Notes: generated by a model not told the origin, from the letters alone. Counted from the stretch's first letter, positions 30,589 to 40,695 are shown. The stretch is 64,000 bases of DNA from Candidatus Rifleibacteriota bacterium (GCA_015233565.1 JADFXM010000039.1:3522-67521); one strand, 5' to 3'. Made by a program: numbers and translations.

Positions 30589-32454
30589 ATGAAAAAGCAA
30601 TGTGTTAGTCCACTGTTAAAAACAATTTTGACTATAACTGTCTTGTTTTCTTTGCTGAACTTAACTCTTGAAGGTGCAAACTCAACGGATGGTTCAGAAA
30701 AGCTCCCCAATTATCATTTAAGAGAGCTTGATGCCCGTGAAATTGCTGACTTCATCAATCAGGTAATCACTGATCAGGAAAAGCAATTACAAGAGTTGAA
30801 GAATAAATATCCGAATAAATCCAAGCAAATTGAAGAAAATCCTGAGATGATAGCTTATGCTCGAATCCTCCGATTAGCTTCTGAATTGGCTGACAATGTT
30901 GGCAAAGGCAATTGCGGGCCTGAACAGAAAGAGAAATTTGTGAATCTTCAGAGATTGCATTACGGTGCTCTGACGGAGTTAGGATCTGCCTCTTCCCCAA
31001 TTTCAGGGGTGAGAGAGATTCTCGGCATGAAAGTGGTAAAGGTTCCACGCCCCAAAGTATTGGATACCCCCATCGGAATCGGAGCTGCACAGTTGGAATC
31101 AGATAACCTGATAGATCCAAAAACCGGGAAAAGAGTTTCTTTGGAAGAATTAGCAAAAATGAATCATCTGGGAATTTCCAGGTTAGAACCGTCATCCGAA
31201 AACCACTGGATTTATGGAAAGCCTGCAAATGGGAGATTTCCTGCATTTGTTCAGGAAAATTTCGATTTGATTCGATCATTAGGTGGAAAGTTGGGGAGGT
31301 TCGATCTGGGTTTTGCAAAGAAGGTTTTGTTCTACGATGGTTTGAATGCTGACGATACCGCTCCAAAAATTACTACCCTTGATAGATATGGGAACAAATG
31401 GAAAGTAAAATGGGGTGATGAAACCCATTCAAATATAATCGCCACCAGGCTTTACATTGAGGTAGGAGGAAGTTTCACCGATCTGAAATTTCATTCGGGC
31501 CCAGGTGAAACGATAATAATTCTTACCTCCCCGGATTCAAAGGATAGTTCCGAACCTAAAACCGTAGCTGATCTGGAAGAACTTCTGTTAAAATCCAAAT
31601 TTAAGTTTCGTCTTGCCCCTTATTACATTGACCCAAAGGATATGCTGAAAAATGCTCAGGGAAAGCTCCTTGGGAATGGGTTGATCGACAAGGAAATGGC
31701 CAAGCGGGAATCCATTCCCGAAAAATATGTAGGAGCTTACTTTTTCAAAGTAAAGGAAGCTCAATTAACATTGTACAACCCCGCGTTCAAGCAACTCGGG
31801 GGAGCTGCACTCAGCACAGTTGGAGCCGAAAAGAACCGTTTCACCCGTAGTTCCATGATATTCAATTGTTGGATAAAAAACTGGGATGTTAAGGACGGCA
31901 ATACTCATACCGGGTTGTTGTATAATTCGGTGACTGAGCAATTTGACCGACAAACAGAATACTTTAGTGACCTTGGAATTGCCATGGGGACTTTAATCTT
32001 GGGCGGGGTAGTCAACGCAATTGAGCCCTCCTTTGTTAAACTGCTCCCGGGGTCAATTAACTTCAATTTTCGGACGATGTTCTATCCTAAATCATGGAAA
32101 CTGTGCACCTATGCTGATGCGCGTTGGATGGCACTCAAAATCGCATCTTTAAAAAGGGGTGATTTTGAGCAAATTGTTGCGGAAAGTGGATGGCCGGTTT
32201 TCGTCCAAAAAGTTGTCGTTGAGAAGCTTATTTCAAGGCGAAACGAACTGGCAAAAGCGTTCAATCTTGAGCTGGACGGAATTTCAATTATTCTTTGCGA
32301 TCCAAATTTGACAATTACTGCAAATTACAAAGGAACTCAGGATTCGCCGATAATTAATGGGAAGATCAACTCAAATTCTCAAATGGTTAAAGATCTGGAA
32401 GCTGATTGCCATCCGGAAGGCCTGGCCAAAGTTATAAATCGTTTCCAGGGTTAA
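30589..32454 (+). CDS. Exported hypothetical protein with protein-kinase-like motifs
   Basis: Signal peptide; WKVK...E...ATRL, NWDVKDGN and SDLG in kinase order; AGGAGG RBS. Confidence 0.7.
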   Translation: MKKQCVSPLLKTILTITVLFSLLNLTLEGANSTDGSEKLPNYHLRELDAREIADFINQVITDQEKQLQELKNKYPNKSKQIEENPEMIAYARILRLASELADNVGKGNCGPEQKEKFVNLQRLHYGALTELGSASSPISGVREILGMKVVKVPRPKVLDTPIGIGAAQLESDNLIDPKTGKRVSLEELAKMNHLGISRLEPSSENHWIYGKPANGRFPAFVQENFDLIRSLGGKLGRFDLGFAKKVLFYDGLNADDTAPKITTLDRYGNKWKVKWGDETHSNIIATRLYIEVGGSFTDLKFHSGPGETIIILTSPDSKDSSEPKTVADLEELLLKSKFKFRLAPYYIDPKDMLKNAQGKLLGNGLIDKEMAKRESIPEKYVGAYFFKVKEAQLTLYNPAFKQLGGAALSTVGAEKNRFTRSSMIFNCWIKNWDVKDGNTHTGLLYNSVTEQFDRQTEYFSDLGIAMGTLILGGVVNAIEPSFVKLLPGSINFNFRTMFYPKSWKLCTYADARWMALKIASLKRGDFEQIVAESGWPVFVQKVVVEKLISRRNELAKAFNLELDGISIILCDPNLTITANYKGTQDSPIINGKINSNSQMVKDLEADCHPEGLAKVINRFQG

Positions 32455-32474
32455 TGGAAAAAGTGGAGACAAAG

Positions 32475-33347
32475 ATGGGAAAGCAACAGATTTGGATTCC
32501 CGGTTGTTCGGGAATGTTGGGAAGTCAGATAATAGAGTGTTTGAAGGACTCACAGTATGAAATTTTTGCAACAGATCGCGATCTGGACATTACCGATGGG
32601 GATGTAATTACATCGTTCCTTTCCGATAAGAAGCTATCCTGGATAATAAATTGTGCAGCTTATACGGCTGTTGACAAAGCCGAAACTGACCAGGAGAGCT
32701 CGTTTGCCGTTAACGCTCTGGGCCCTAAAAATCTGGCGCGGGTTGCCACTAAAATAGGTGCCAAGCTCATTCACTTCTCTACGGACTATGTGTTCGATGG
32801 AAAACTTGATCGTCCCTACGTTGAAAGTGATTCTCCGGCGCCCGTTTCAGTTTATGGGAGAAGCAAACTAGCGGGCGAAGATAGAATAAAAGATTTTTCC
32901 ACAAAATACTTCATCTTCAGAATTAGCTGGTTATACGGACAAAATGGTGCGAACTTCGTTAAAACCATTGTTCGATTGCTTGCTGAGAAAGATGAACTAA
33001 GGGTGGTATCTGACCAAATCGGTTCCCCGACATGGGCCAAACAGCTTTCAATGAACATTTCAGATCTTATCGGAAGAAATTCCACAGGTTTTGGGACATA
33101 TCATTATTCCGATCTTGGAGATATCTCCTGGTATGAATTTGCACTGGCAATCAAGGAATTTGCTTTGAGTCATAAATTATTGGAAAAGGATACACCCGTA
33201 ATAGCTATTCCAACGAGCGAGTTTCCGCGCCCAGCTGTTCGACCCTTAAATTCAAGGTTTAACAAAAAGCTTATTGTGGAAGAGCTAAATTTCAAAGTAA
33301 ATCCCTGGAAAGAGAATCTTGAACAATTTTTCAAAGAGTGGGGATGA
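32475..33347 (+). CDS. rfbD: dTDP-4-dehydrorhamnose reductase
   Basis: GCSGMLG, NCAAYTAVDKAE, STDYVFDG, YGRSK and DQIGSPT motifs; GGAG RBS before the ATG at 32475. Confidence 0.95.
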   Translation: MGKQQIWIPGCSGMLGSQIIECLKDSQYEIFATDRDLDITDGDVITSFLSDKKLSWIINCAAYTAVDKAETDQESSFAVNALGPKNLARVATKIGAKLIHFSTDYVFDGKLDRPYVESDSPAPVSVYGRSKLAGEDRIKDFSTKYFIFRISWLYGQNGANFVKTIVRLLAEKDELRVVSDQIGSPTWAKQLSMNISDLIGRNSTGFGTYHYSDLGDISWYEFALAIKEFALSHKLLEKDTPVIAIPTSEFPRPAVRPLNSRFNKKLIVEELNFKVNPWKENLEQFFKEWG

Positions 33348-33485
33348 AATAAATAAGAGCTTCGTGCAATATTGCAGAAAATTTGCACATCGGGCAAAAA
33401 GAAATTCAGGTTTGATGATCATTGTGATATTTATCGCAAACTTGAATTTGCCAATTTTGCAAGAACCTTATTAGGAAGATTTTAT

Positions 33486-34193
33486 ATGGAAAATACTATA
33501 TTAACTTTTAATGGTAAAGTTGCGGGAAAAATCTCTGCAATTATAGGCACTGGCCTTATTGTTCAATTCATTGTCCGTTATTTCGGACAAGAGTATGTTT
33601 CTTTTGATGGATTTCACACGGTGATCTTCTTCTCTCGGCTTTTGATCCCCATTTTGGTTGCTTATTTTCTTGGTTTATCTTTATCAGATCTAGGATTATC
33701 AATGCCAACCGGTGGAAAAAAATGGGTTGGAGGTTTTCTTTTCCTTTTGGGATTAATAACTGTTGCAGTTTTTTGGGGGATATCCCTGGAAAGCACTTAC
33801 AAATTTTATCTGGTAAAGTATGGGGCGCTTCGAAATGCCCAAGTAGCTTTTGTAAAATTGTCTCTTCTTTTCACATTTTCCACAACTCTTCCCTGGGAAT
33901 TTTTTCATCGTGGATTTCTTCTTTTCGGTCTTCAGAAATCATTGAGTGAAGCTCTTCCGTCAGAAGATTCCGGGTTTGTTCTTTCGGGGTTTTTGGCAAT
34001 GATGTTTTTGTGGGTTTTCGAAGTTATTTTCCATTTTTCCAAGCCGGCACCGGAAGCCTTTGGAATGGCCATAGTTTCTATTGCACTCAGTTATGTGGCA
34101 CTCATAAGCCGCAGCATATTGTACCCGTTGCTTTTGCACGTCTATATCGAACTTGTTTTTTTGGTTGCAGTCGTAATGATCGTTTTGAAATGA
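33486..34193 (+). CDS. CPBP (CAAX/Abi) family intramembrane metalloprotease
   Basis: Multiple TM helices; WEFFHRGFLL, FH and LLLH motifs; start placed at ATG 33486. Confidence 0.75.
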   Translation: MENTILTFNGKVAGKISAIIGTGLIVQFIVRYFGQEYVSFDGFHTVIFFSRLLIPILVAYFLGLSLSDLGLSMPTGGKKWVGGFLFLLGLITVAVFWGISLESTYKFYLVKYGALRNAQVAFVKLSLLFTFSTTLPWEFFHRGFLLFGLQKSLSEALPSEDSGFVLSGFLAMMFLWVFEVIFHFSKPAPEAFGMAIVSIALSYVALISRSILYPLLLHVYIELVFLVAVVMIVLK

Positions 34194-34418
34194 AATATGA
34201 AAATCAGTTCTATAATACTAATTTCTGCAAATTCAGAAATCCTGACCCGTATATGAATTGATCGCTATTTTGCAGTATTGGTGCGGAATTTGAAAATGCA
34301 CTTTTTCCGGAAAAATTTGCCGACATTTCAAGGCTATCTCGAATAAAAAGTGCCATTTTAAAATACTCCCGCATCAGAGTCTGAAATTGGGTATTTTTCA
34401 ACAGGTTCATTTATGGAG

Positions 34419-34556
34419 CAGCAATCTCGGTGAGTTTTCTCGCAAAACATCGCTATTACTGATTTTTGTTGCGAAAGTTATCGGAATAATTAGTTTTTTG
34501 AACATTGCTCAAAATGGCTCATAGGAACAATCGCAGCAACTCAGCGAGAATCGCTG
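34419..34556. mobile_element. 138-bp MITE-like element
   Basis: Imperfect terminal inverted repeats (cagcaatctcggtgagtt versus reverse complement cagcgattctcgctgagtt) flanked by the perfect 9-bp direct repeat tttatggag (34410-34418 and 34557-34565). Confidence 0.7.
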
Positions 34557-34557
34557 T

Positions 34558-36561
34558 TTATGGAGCAGTTACTACGCTTTGAATCTCAAATTTAAAAGTC
34601 TCGTCAAATGGATCGATCAGCTTGAACTTAATTTGAACGATGTTTCCCACTGCCAAATCGAAAGGAGGCCTTTTACACTTTCCTAATCGGCAAAGATCCG
34701 TAAAATAGACAGAGACTTCATTCATCCCGTTATCTACGACCACAGCTCTGGTAGTTTCATTTCCTTTGGAAATTTCTGCTTTTAGATGCTTGAAAAGGAA
34801 ATAATTAAAGCGTTTCTGCATGGCGTCTTCTCCAATATCGACGGCCATATCGGATATAAGAAGCTTTTGGTCGAGAGCTGCGTTATCATACTCCGGCGGA
34901 AGACCAGCTAAAGAGTTTTTAATCTGTCTTTGAAGAATTAAATCGCAATATCTTCGCATCGGAGATGTAACCTGGCAATAGGGATTCACTCCAAGGCAAG
35001 CATGTAACCCGGGTTCAGAAGAAGTAACGGTTCGTTTCAACTGCCGAATGATCTGAAAAAATTCAACAGGGTCAAATTTTTCTGAGGGTTTGGGAAGATT
35101 TTCCGGAGCACTTTGAACTCTGAAGGCAAATGGGATTTTCTTCTCAACGGCGTGTCTCGCAAAAAGATGATTCCCCCAGATCATGAATTCTGCAATCATT
35201 TCCGAAGTTTTCAGTCCTCGCTCTCTCTGTTTTACTAAAATTTTTCCATCCCTTGCTTTGATTTCAAGCTCAGGTCTGACCATTATAAGCGCACCGGATT
35301 TCATGCGAACTGATTTTAACAACTCAGCTAATTCCACCGCAGTTGTCAAATCCGGTTCTGAGGTTATCAGATCTTCGGCAGAGGCGTAGTCCACGGCGCG
35401 ATTGATCTTCACTAAGGAACAAAATACTTCGTATTCAACCAGAATTCCATCTGGCGAAAAACGAGTTTTCAGCGTTACACAACGGCGTTCGGTACCCATA
35501 TTAAGGCTGATTAAGTCCTCTGAAAGAGACAATGGCAACATTGGAAGATTTTGATCAGGCATATAAATTGATGCCCCTCTTTCCAAGGCTTCACGATCCA
35601 AGACGCTCTCCGGACGAATAAAATGGGCGGCATCGGCGATATGTATCCAAAGAGAATATCCTGAGGGATCTTTTAAAATTGAGAATGCGTCATCCCGGTC
35701 TCTGGTTTCTTCACCATCAATGGCCCAGGTGAATAGCTCTTGCAAATCCCTTCTTTCCTGGTCAGCTTGATCTGCTAATTTTTCCGTAGCATCTGTTATT
35801 TCGGAAGAAAATTTTGTTGGGATTCTGTTTTTTATAAGAAAAATGTTTTCATCTGGCTGAAAACGGCCTAGTTTGACCAGAAGCGAAAAAAGTTTTCGAG
35901 GGTTTGCCCATCCTCCCTTTTGAAGTAGATCGGCAAAATGCTTTTCCCCTTTGAAATCATCATAAGAAACGGCATATTCCACAATTTTTTCCAGATTGGA
36001 AAGAACTTTCGGGGGAATGTTGGTAGGGGTTCCTTTCTGGTAAGCAAGGTTGAGTTCATTAATAAAAGCTTGCTCATCCAGTTCTCTTTGCTTTCTTTTC
36101 TTCTCGCGGTCAATAGCCTCTTCAACCTGGATTCTAGGGGCAGGGAACCAGCCTTCCTTCTTTTCCTTGAAGTAAAAGGAATCGGCGGAAAGTTGCCGCA
36201 AAAAAGCCGCTTCAAAATCTTCATCTGAAGTTTCTGTTAAAAATCCCGCCATTTCACGTAAGCTATAAGGCCTTATGTCCTCTGAAAGAAGTAAATGAAG
36301 CGCGTCAAGATCTATTGATTCAGCTAATTCCTTCCTTTTTGCATCGCATTTGGCCAGAACTTCAATCACTCGATCGATATCTGAAGTTCCCGTTCTCCCT
36401 GACTGGGTAACGTGAAGAATATTGCGCTCACTGATCGTGGTTTCCTTTTTATTTGAAAGGATTACTCGAACTCCTTTACCACCCGTGGATAGTACAAGTC
36501 CGATTCTGATTCCATCGTCTTTGTCGTTAAATTCAATAATTTGTCCAGGTATATAATTCAT
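34558..36561 (-). CDS. RNB-domain exoribonuclease (RNase II/R family)
   Basis: AIDGEETRDRDDAFS, WIHIAD, ASIYMP, IAEFMI and TSPMRRYCDL motifs. Confidence 0.92.
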   Translation of the reverse strand: MNYIPGQIIEFNDKDDGIRIGLVLSTGGKGVRVILSNKKETTISERNILHVTQSGRTGTSDIDRVIEVLAKCDAKRKELAESIDLDALHLLLSEDIRPYSLREMAGFLTETSDEDFEAAFLRQLSADSFYFKEKKEGWFPAPRIQVEEAIDREKKRKQRELDEQAFINELNLAYQKGTPTNIPPKVLSNLEKIVEYAVSYDDFKGEKHFADLLQKGGWANPRKLFSLLVKLGRFQPDENIFLIKNRIPTKFSSEITDATEKLADQADQERRDLQELFTWAIDGEETRDRDDAFSILKDPSGYSLWIHIADAAHFIRPESVLDREALERGASIYMPDQNLPMLPLSLSEDLISLNMGTERRCVTLKTRFSPDGILVEYEVFCSLVKINRAVDYASAEDLITSEPDLTTAVELAELLKSVRMKSGALIMVRPELEIKARDGKILVKQRERGLKTSEMIAEFMIWGNHLFARHAVEKKIPFAFRVQSAPENLPKPSEKFDPVEFFQIIRQLKRTVTSSEPGLHACLGVNPYCQVTSPMRRYCDLILQRQIKNSLAGLPPEYDNAALDQKLLISDMAVDIGEDAMQKRFNYFLFKHLKAEISKGNETTRAVVVDNGMNEVSVYFTDLCRLGKCKRPPFDLAVGNIVQIKFKLIDPFDETFKFEIQSVVTAP

Positions 36562-37631
36562 TATCTGCTAGCGCTTTCGTCGGATTTATCTCTCTCTTTT
36601 AACAAATTCAACAACCATTTTTTTACTTCTTCAGTTGCAATTTCATAGAATTCCGAATCATTATCTGAAAGGGGTAGGTTGCTGGAAGAATAAGAATTCT
36701 CAGGTTCTCTCACTATTTTTTCTTTTTTTGCTTCAATACATATCAGCGACTCTATAATATCGGATTGGATACCCGAACCGTATTCTACCGCTTCTTCCAT
36801 GGCCAAAAATGTCCTTTTTGGGTAAAGCCGTTCGAGGGAATGAAGTGCTTTTTGTATATTTTCCAGATATACAGAATTGCTTTTCTGAAACGGGTCAGCC
36901 GAATCGCGCCATTGATCAAAAAATGAAGCCATTTCCGAACCGAATTCAAACTTCTCAGGGATGGAGAATTCAATAATCGACCATGCCAAATGGCTTCTCT
37001 CACCAAATGACCAGTCGCTTACTTCCCGCCAGTCCTCGCCTACCTGATCATTAAAAATCCTTCTGAGAGAATGATTGAAAGCCTGATGGCGCTTTTTGTC
37101 GCTCTCCAGTAATTTAAGAGGATCATCGCCAGAAAGTGTTGCCAGAAAGTTTGAGACCTTTCTTAATTCAGGTGAAACGTGCAAAAAAGCAAATTCCAGC
37201 AGCCCGGTTCGTCCCTGCGCATTTCCGGCTAAGTTGCATCTTACGCAATTGACAAGCTTTTTTACCGTATCAAGTCTCAAGGGAGTAACATGCAATCTTC
37301 CGGTGTCGGGAAGATCTTCAGATAATCCGAAGGGGACTGCCTTCGATTCTTTAGGTCTGGTTAATCGACGTAGTCTTAAAGAGAGATATGAGGCCAACCC
37401 TCCTACATGGTTAATTCGGCTTAAATCAATTTCTTCAATTAAAATCAAAAAAATTTCACACCAAATTTCGCGGGTCTTTTCCAACATGGTCATCCCTTGA
37501 GCTTTCCATGATCTGGCAAACCCAAGGACAAGTTCTTTCCCGTGCTCAATGACTTTGCTGAAAGCTTCTTCTTTACGATGATTCAAAAAAGAAAGAACTG
37601 CTTCGTTAAATTTGTTGAGATCGGTTTTCAT
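36561..37631 (-). CDS. Hypothetical protein (weak sigma region-2-like N-terminus)
   Basis: Long ORF coupled to yggT and the RNB gene; start placed at ATG 37631 just after the yggT stop. Confidence 0.7.
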   Translation of the reverse strand: MKTDLNKFNEAVLSFLNHRKEEAFSKVIEHGKELVLGFARSWKAQGMTMLEKTREIWCEIFLILIEEIDLSRINHVGGLASYLSLRLRRLTRPKESKAVPFGLSEDLPDTGRLHVTPLRLDTVKKLVNCVRCNLAGNAQGRTGLLEFAFLHVSPELRKVSNFLATLSGDDPLKLLESDKKRHQAFNHSLRRIFNDQVGEDWREVSDWSFGERSHLAWSIIEFSIPEKFEFGSEMASFFDQWRDSADPFQKSNSVYLENIQKALHSLERLYPKRTFLAMEEAVEYGSGIQSDIIESLICIEAKKEKIVREPENSYSSSNLPLSDNDSEFYEIATEEVKKWLLNLLKERDKSDESASR

Positions 37632-37632
37632 A

Positions 37633-37872
37633 TCAAAGGAATATAAGAACTCTTTCAATAGCTTGAAGGAGCAACAAAGCCAAAATTGGACCAAGATCCA
37701 ATGCCATGTTTCCCATTGGAATGAGAACTCTGAAAAACCTCAGAAAGCTATCTATTGGCGCGGTTATAACAAGTAAACGTCTGTCACCACGAGGGACAAA
37801 CCAAGATAAAAGAATGCGGAGCACAATCAATAATTCAAATAGCCTCAACAACTGGATAATAAGCAATATCAT
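37633..37872 (-). CDS. yggT: YggT family membrane protein
   Basis: LRILLSWF...ITAP...LDLGPILALLLL; near yggS. Confidence 0.85.
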   Translation of the reverse strand: MILLIIQLLRLFELLIVLRILLSWFVPRGDRRLLVITAPIDSFLRFFRVLIPMGNMALDLGPILALLLLQAIERVLIFL

Positions 37873-37961
37873 TTTTTTTCCTGTCAGTAGAATTTTAGTA
37901 ACATAAATCTAATAAAGAAACCAAAAAATGCTGGATGCTAGGCCTCTGAGCGGGCTTAAAA

Positions 37962-38099
37962 CGGTCGCTGAGAAGGTGTGAAATAATAAAAAATGTAAAG
38001 TGAAAACAATCACAATGGTTTTCTGGCGACTTTCTCAAGTGTTGTACTTTCGTGGGCTGGCAAATTATTCCCAGCTTCTGAGCGGAGTCGAAGCGACCG
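37962..38099. mobile_element. REP-like palindrome interrupted by a 105-bp MITE-like insert (37973-38077)
   Basis: ctgag duplicated at 37968-37972 and 38078-38082; insert ends aaggtgtgaaataat versus reverse complement aagctgggaataat; excision restores cggtcgctgagcggagtcgaagcgaccg. Confidence 0.55.
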
Positions 38100-38185
38100 A
38101 AAAATCGGTATATGCATTTTGGAATTTGGCGCATAAAATATCACAATAATTAAAATAAAAATCAGCTCCAGGTTATTGAAAATAA

Positions 38186-38866
38186 TCAGGAAAACAAAGC
38201 TCTACCAATTCTTACCATTGTGGAACCCTCCTCAATGGCTATTTCGAAGTCGTCTGACATCCCCATTGAGAGAATTTCAGGTTTGTATGAACAACTTTGG
38301 ATTTTTTTGCTTTCATCAAAGAGATTTCGCAATTTTCGAAAAGCTCCTCTAACAGCTGTTTCATCGTCGGTAAAAGGCGCCATACCCATGAAACCGCGAA
38401 TGTCCAGATTCTTTTTTTCATTTGTTGAAGCAACAATTTCCAATATTTCAGCAGGATGAAACCCTTGTTTTGAATTTTCATCCGAAATGTGAACTTCCAG
38501 CAAACACGGGCAAATTTTTCCTGTTTTCTCCGCAAAGTGAATGAACTCGTCGATCAATTCTATGTTATCAATCGAGTGGACAAGCTCAACAAGCGGATAG
38601 ACGTATTTGATTTTATTCTTCTGCAGATTTCCTATCATGTGCCAGGAGATTTTTTCATGAGCCAATTCCTTTGATTTATCTCTCAGGATTTGGGGGCGAT
38701 TTTCCCCAAAAATGGAATGCCCACATTTAATCATTTGGGTAATGGTCGATGAATCCACAGTTTTTGAAACTGCAATTAAAGTAATTTCATCAGGGTTTCG
38801 ACCGGCCCTGGAAGCGCTGCGAAAGATTCTTTCCTTAACGCGGGAAAGGTTTTCCCTAAGATCCAT
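38186..38866 (-). CDS. yggS: Pyridoxal phosphate homeostasis protein
   Basis: LIAVSKT, FGENR, WHMIGNLQKNK and LSMGMSDDFEIAIEEGSTMVRIG motifs. Confidence 0.97.
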   Translation of the reverse strand: MDLRENLSRVKERIFRSASRAGRNPDEITLIAVSKTVDSSTITQMIKCGHSIFGENRPQILRDKSKELAHEKISWHMIGNLQKNKIKYVYPLVELVHSIDNIELIDEFIHFAEKTGKICPCLLEVHISDENSKQGFHPAEILEIVASTNEKKNLDIRGFMGMAPFTDDETAVRGAFRKLRNLFDESKKIQSCSYKPEILSMGMSDDFEIAIEEGSTMVRIGRALFS

Positions 38867-38895
38867 TTTGATACCTCAAAAACCAAATCTTCCGT

Positions 38896-38922
38896 TTGTC
38901 GGACTTCACAAACATATTATTA
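38896..38922 (-). promoter_or_regulatory. Possible sigma28-type promoter
   Basis: (C)TAATAATA-N11-TCCGACAA, 29 nt upstream of yggS. Confidence 0.4.
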
Positions 38923-38946
38923 GTCCAATCTTGAGGATATACCCAA

Positions 38947-40695
38947 TCAATTGTTCGGAAGCGTTCTGATTCTTAAGAGGTTAACGGAAACTGGAACAAA
39001 AGGCAAGTGGTCAACGGCAGTGGGCTTCCAATCTACCTTGATCCCATCTTTTCCTGCGTTATCAAACCACCGCTGCAGATTTCCCTCGATGCAAGCACCT
39101 ACAATCTTCAGAGAAACCTTTTCACCTTTCCCTTCAGATGCTGGGTTCAAGGATTGGCCCTGGGAAAGTTGGTGGGCCCATGAACCATACCAGCCAGCCC
39201 CCGGTCTGTATAAAACCGCATTTATTATCCATTGGGTTGCAGCCTGGATGGTTTCAAGAGGAGGTTTTTGCTCCTCTATATATTTTTCCAGATCTTTTGT
39301 TGAAATTCCAATCCCATTGCCAGCTATCATCAACAGGTTAAATCCACTCTCAGAGTTTACTGATCCGGTCAAAAGAATATGTCGAGGAGTGCACAGAACC
39401 ATGTCTCCTCCAATTTCGCATCGAATGAAAACGGAATTTTCGGAAAAAACCACGGAAACACCTTTCAAAACTTCTGCAGCCAAATTGTTCTTCCCATCAA
39501 AACGATTTGCTGTAGCGAGTGTGACGAATCCGCCACTGATTTCATCCTGGCGCCATTCTGATTCGTTCGAAGTAAGATAGGATTCGGAGAAAATCTGCTG
39601 ATTTTCGAAGTGGTAATCCATATCCAGTTTTTCGCCTCTTAAATAAGGTCGTCCCTGAGGGTCAATATAGAGTCCGTCTTTTTTTGCTTTCTGGCGGATG
39701 GATTCATAGTCCGGCTTCCAGGTTGTCAAAAAAGCGGTTTTGGGAGTTGAATCAGCATCTACAAATGGTCCTTCGGGAAGTTCCGCTTCAAGATTATCAA
39801 GAATCTTTTGAATTCTGCGACTGGAAGGAATAGCCAAAACAGAATTTGCAACTTTCAAACTAGGGCGGCTTGTTCCGCGCCGGTATAAATAAGATGCAGT
39901 TTGGATAGGTCCAAAGAATTGATGATTGTCTATTACAATAGGAGTTTGACAATAAAGAGGGCCATTGCAAGGAGAAGGCCCTTCTCTTGAGAAAAACATA
40001 GTTCCGTAGTTTCCCTTGAACTTATCTTTCCCGGTGGGTGGATTGAATGGGTCGGGTTCACCGGTTTTGAATAATTTAATTAAAAAGTCCGGATCGTAAC
40101 ATACCCCGAAATTGTTCAGTATCCCGCTTTGAAACAGGGAAAAATTGCTTTTCCGGAAATTTTCGAGGTTTCCAAATTCTTGAATCCAAGGAAGGAGTGG
40201 CTTGCCGTAATAATATTCGTTAAGACTGTTGAAAACGGCGAATCTTTTTACAATCGGAATTATTCCAATTGTGCCCCAAACGCGATAATTCGAGCTTCCA
40301 CTTCTTCCTTCGCTTTCAATTCTGTAAAGGCTGCTTTCGTCTATTAATGGGGTAGCAGGATTGTCTACGCCCGGGAGAGGTCTTACTTCAAGAATTCTGC
40401 AACCTGAGTCTGAGAATAACCCGATTGGCCGCCATCTTGGGGACATCAGGTCTTCCACCACCGGAAGACGAGTTCCTCCCTCTTTCGCAATTTCTTGTCT
40501 TATTCGGGTGATCCCAATGTGAACCCCTGCCTGTCCTGCAAGCATGGCCTGTATTTCCGAAATTTGTCTGGTTGCCAGTTCACTGTCAAGAAAATAGACC
40601 CGCAAAGCGAGCACGACGCACAAGAAGAAGAAAAAAAGGATCATCATCGTTAAAGGAAAATGCGGTTTTCGGGCAAGAAATACAATTTTGTTCAT
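38947..40695 (-). CDS. Large PilX/GspK-like minor pilin-type protein
   Basis: N-terminal hydrophobic helix; QAMLAGQAGVHIGI and YRIESEGRSG PilX-like signatures; third gene of a prepilin-like trio. Confidence 0.55.
   Translation of the reverse strand: MNKIVFLARKPHFPLTMMILFFFFLCVVLALRVYFLDSELATRQISEIQAMLAGQAGVHIGITRIRQEIAKEGGTRLPVVEDLMSPRWRPIGLFSDSGCRILEVRPLPGVDNPATPLIDESSLYRIESEGRSGSSNYRVWGTIGIIPIVKRFAVFNSLNEYYYGKPLLPWIQEFGNLENFRKSNFSLFQSGILNNFGVCYDPDFLIKLFKTGEPDPFNPPTGKDKFKGNYGTMFFSREGPSPCNGPLYCQTPIVIDNHQFFGPIQTASYLYRRGTSRPSLKVANSVLAIPSSRRIQKILDNLEAELPEGPFVDADSTPKTAFLTTWKPDYESIRQKAKKDGLYIDPQGRPYLRGEKLDMDYHFENQQIFSESYLTSNESEWRQDEISGGFVTLATANRFDGKNNLAAEVLKGVSVVFSENSVFIRCEIGGDMVLCTPRHILLTGSVNSESGFNLLMIAGNGIGISTKDLEKYIEEQKPPLETIQAATQWIINAVLYRPGAGWYGSWAHQLSQGQSLNPASEGKGEKVSLKIVGACIEGNLQRWFDNAGKDGIKVDWKPTAVDHLPFVPVSVNLLRIRTLPNN

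Noticed and set aside
32406-32474. ORF-track N-terminal extension of rfbD (and similar extensions at 33372, 37694, 42731, 44311, 47180 and 47789)
   Set aside because: They overlap neighbouring genes or lack an RBS; the downstream starts fit better.
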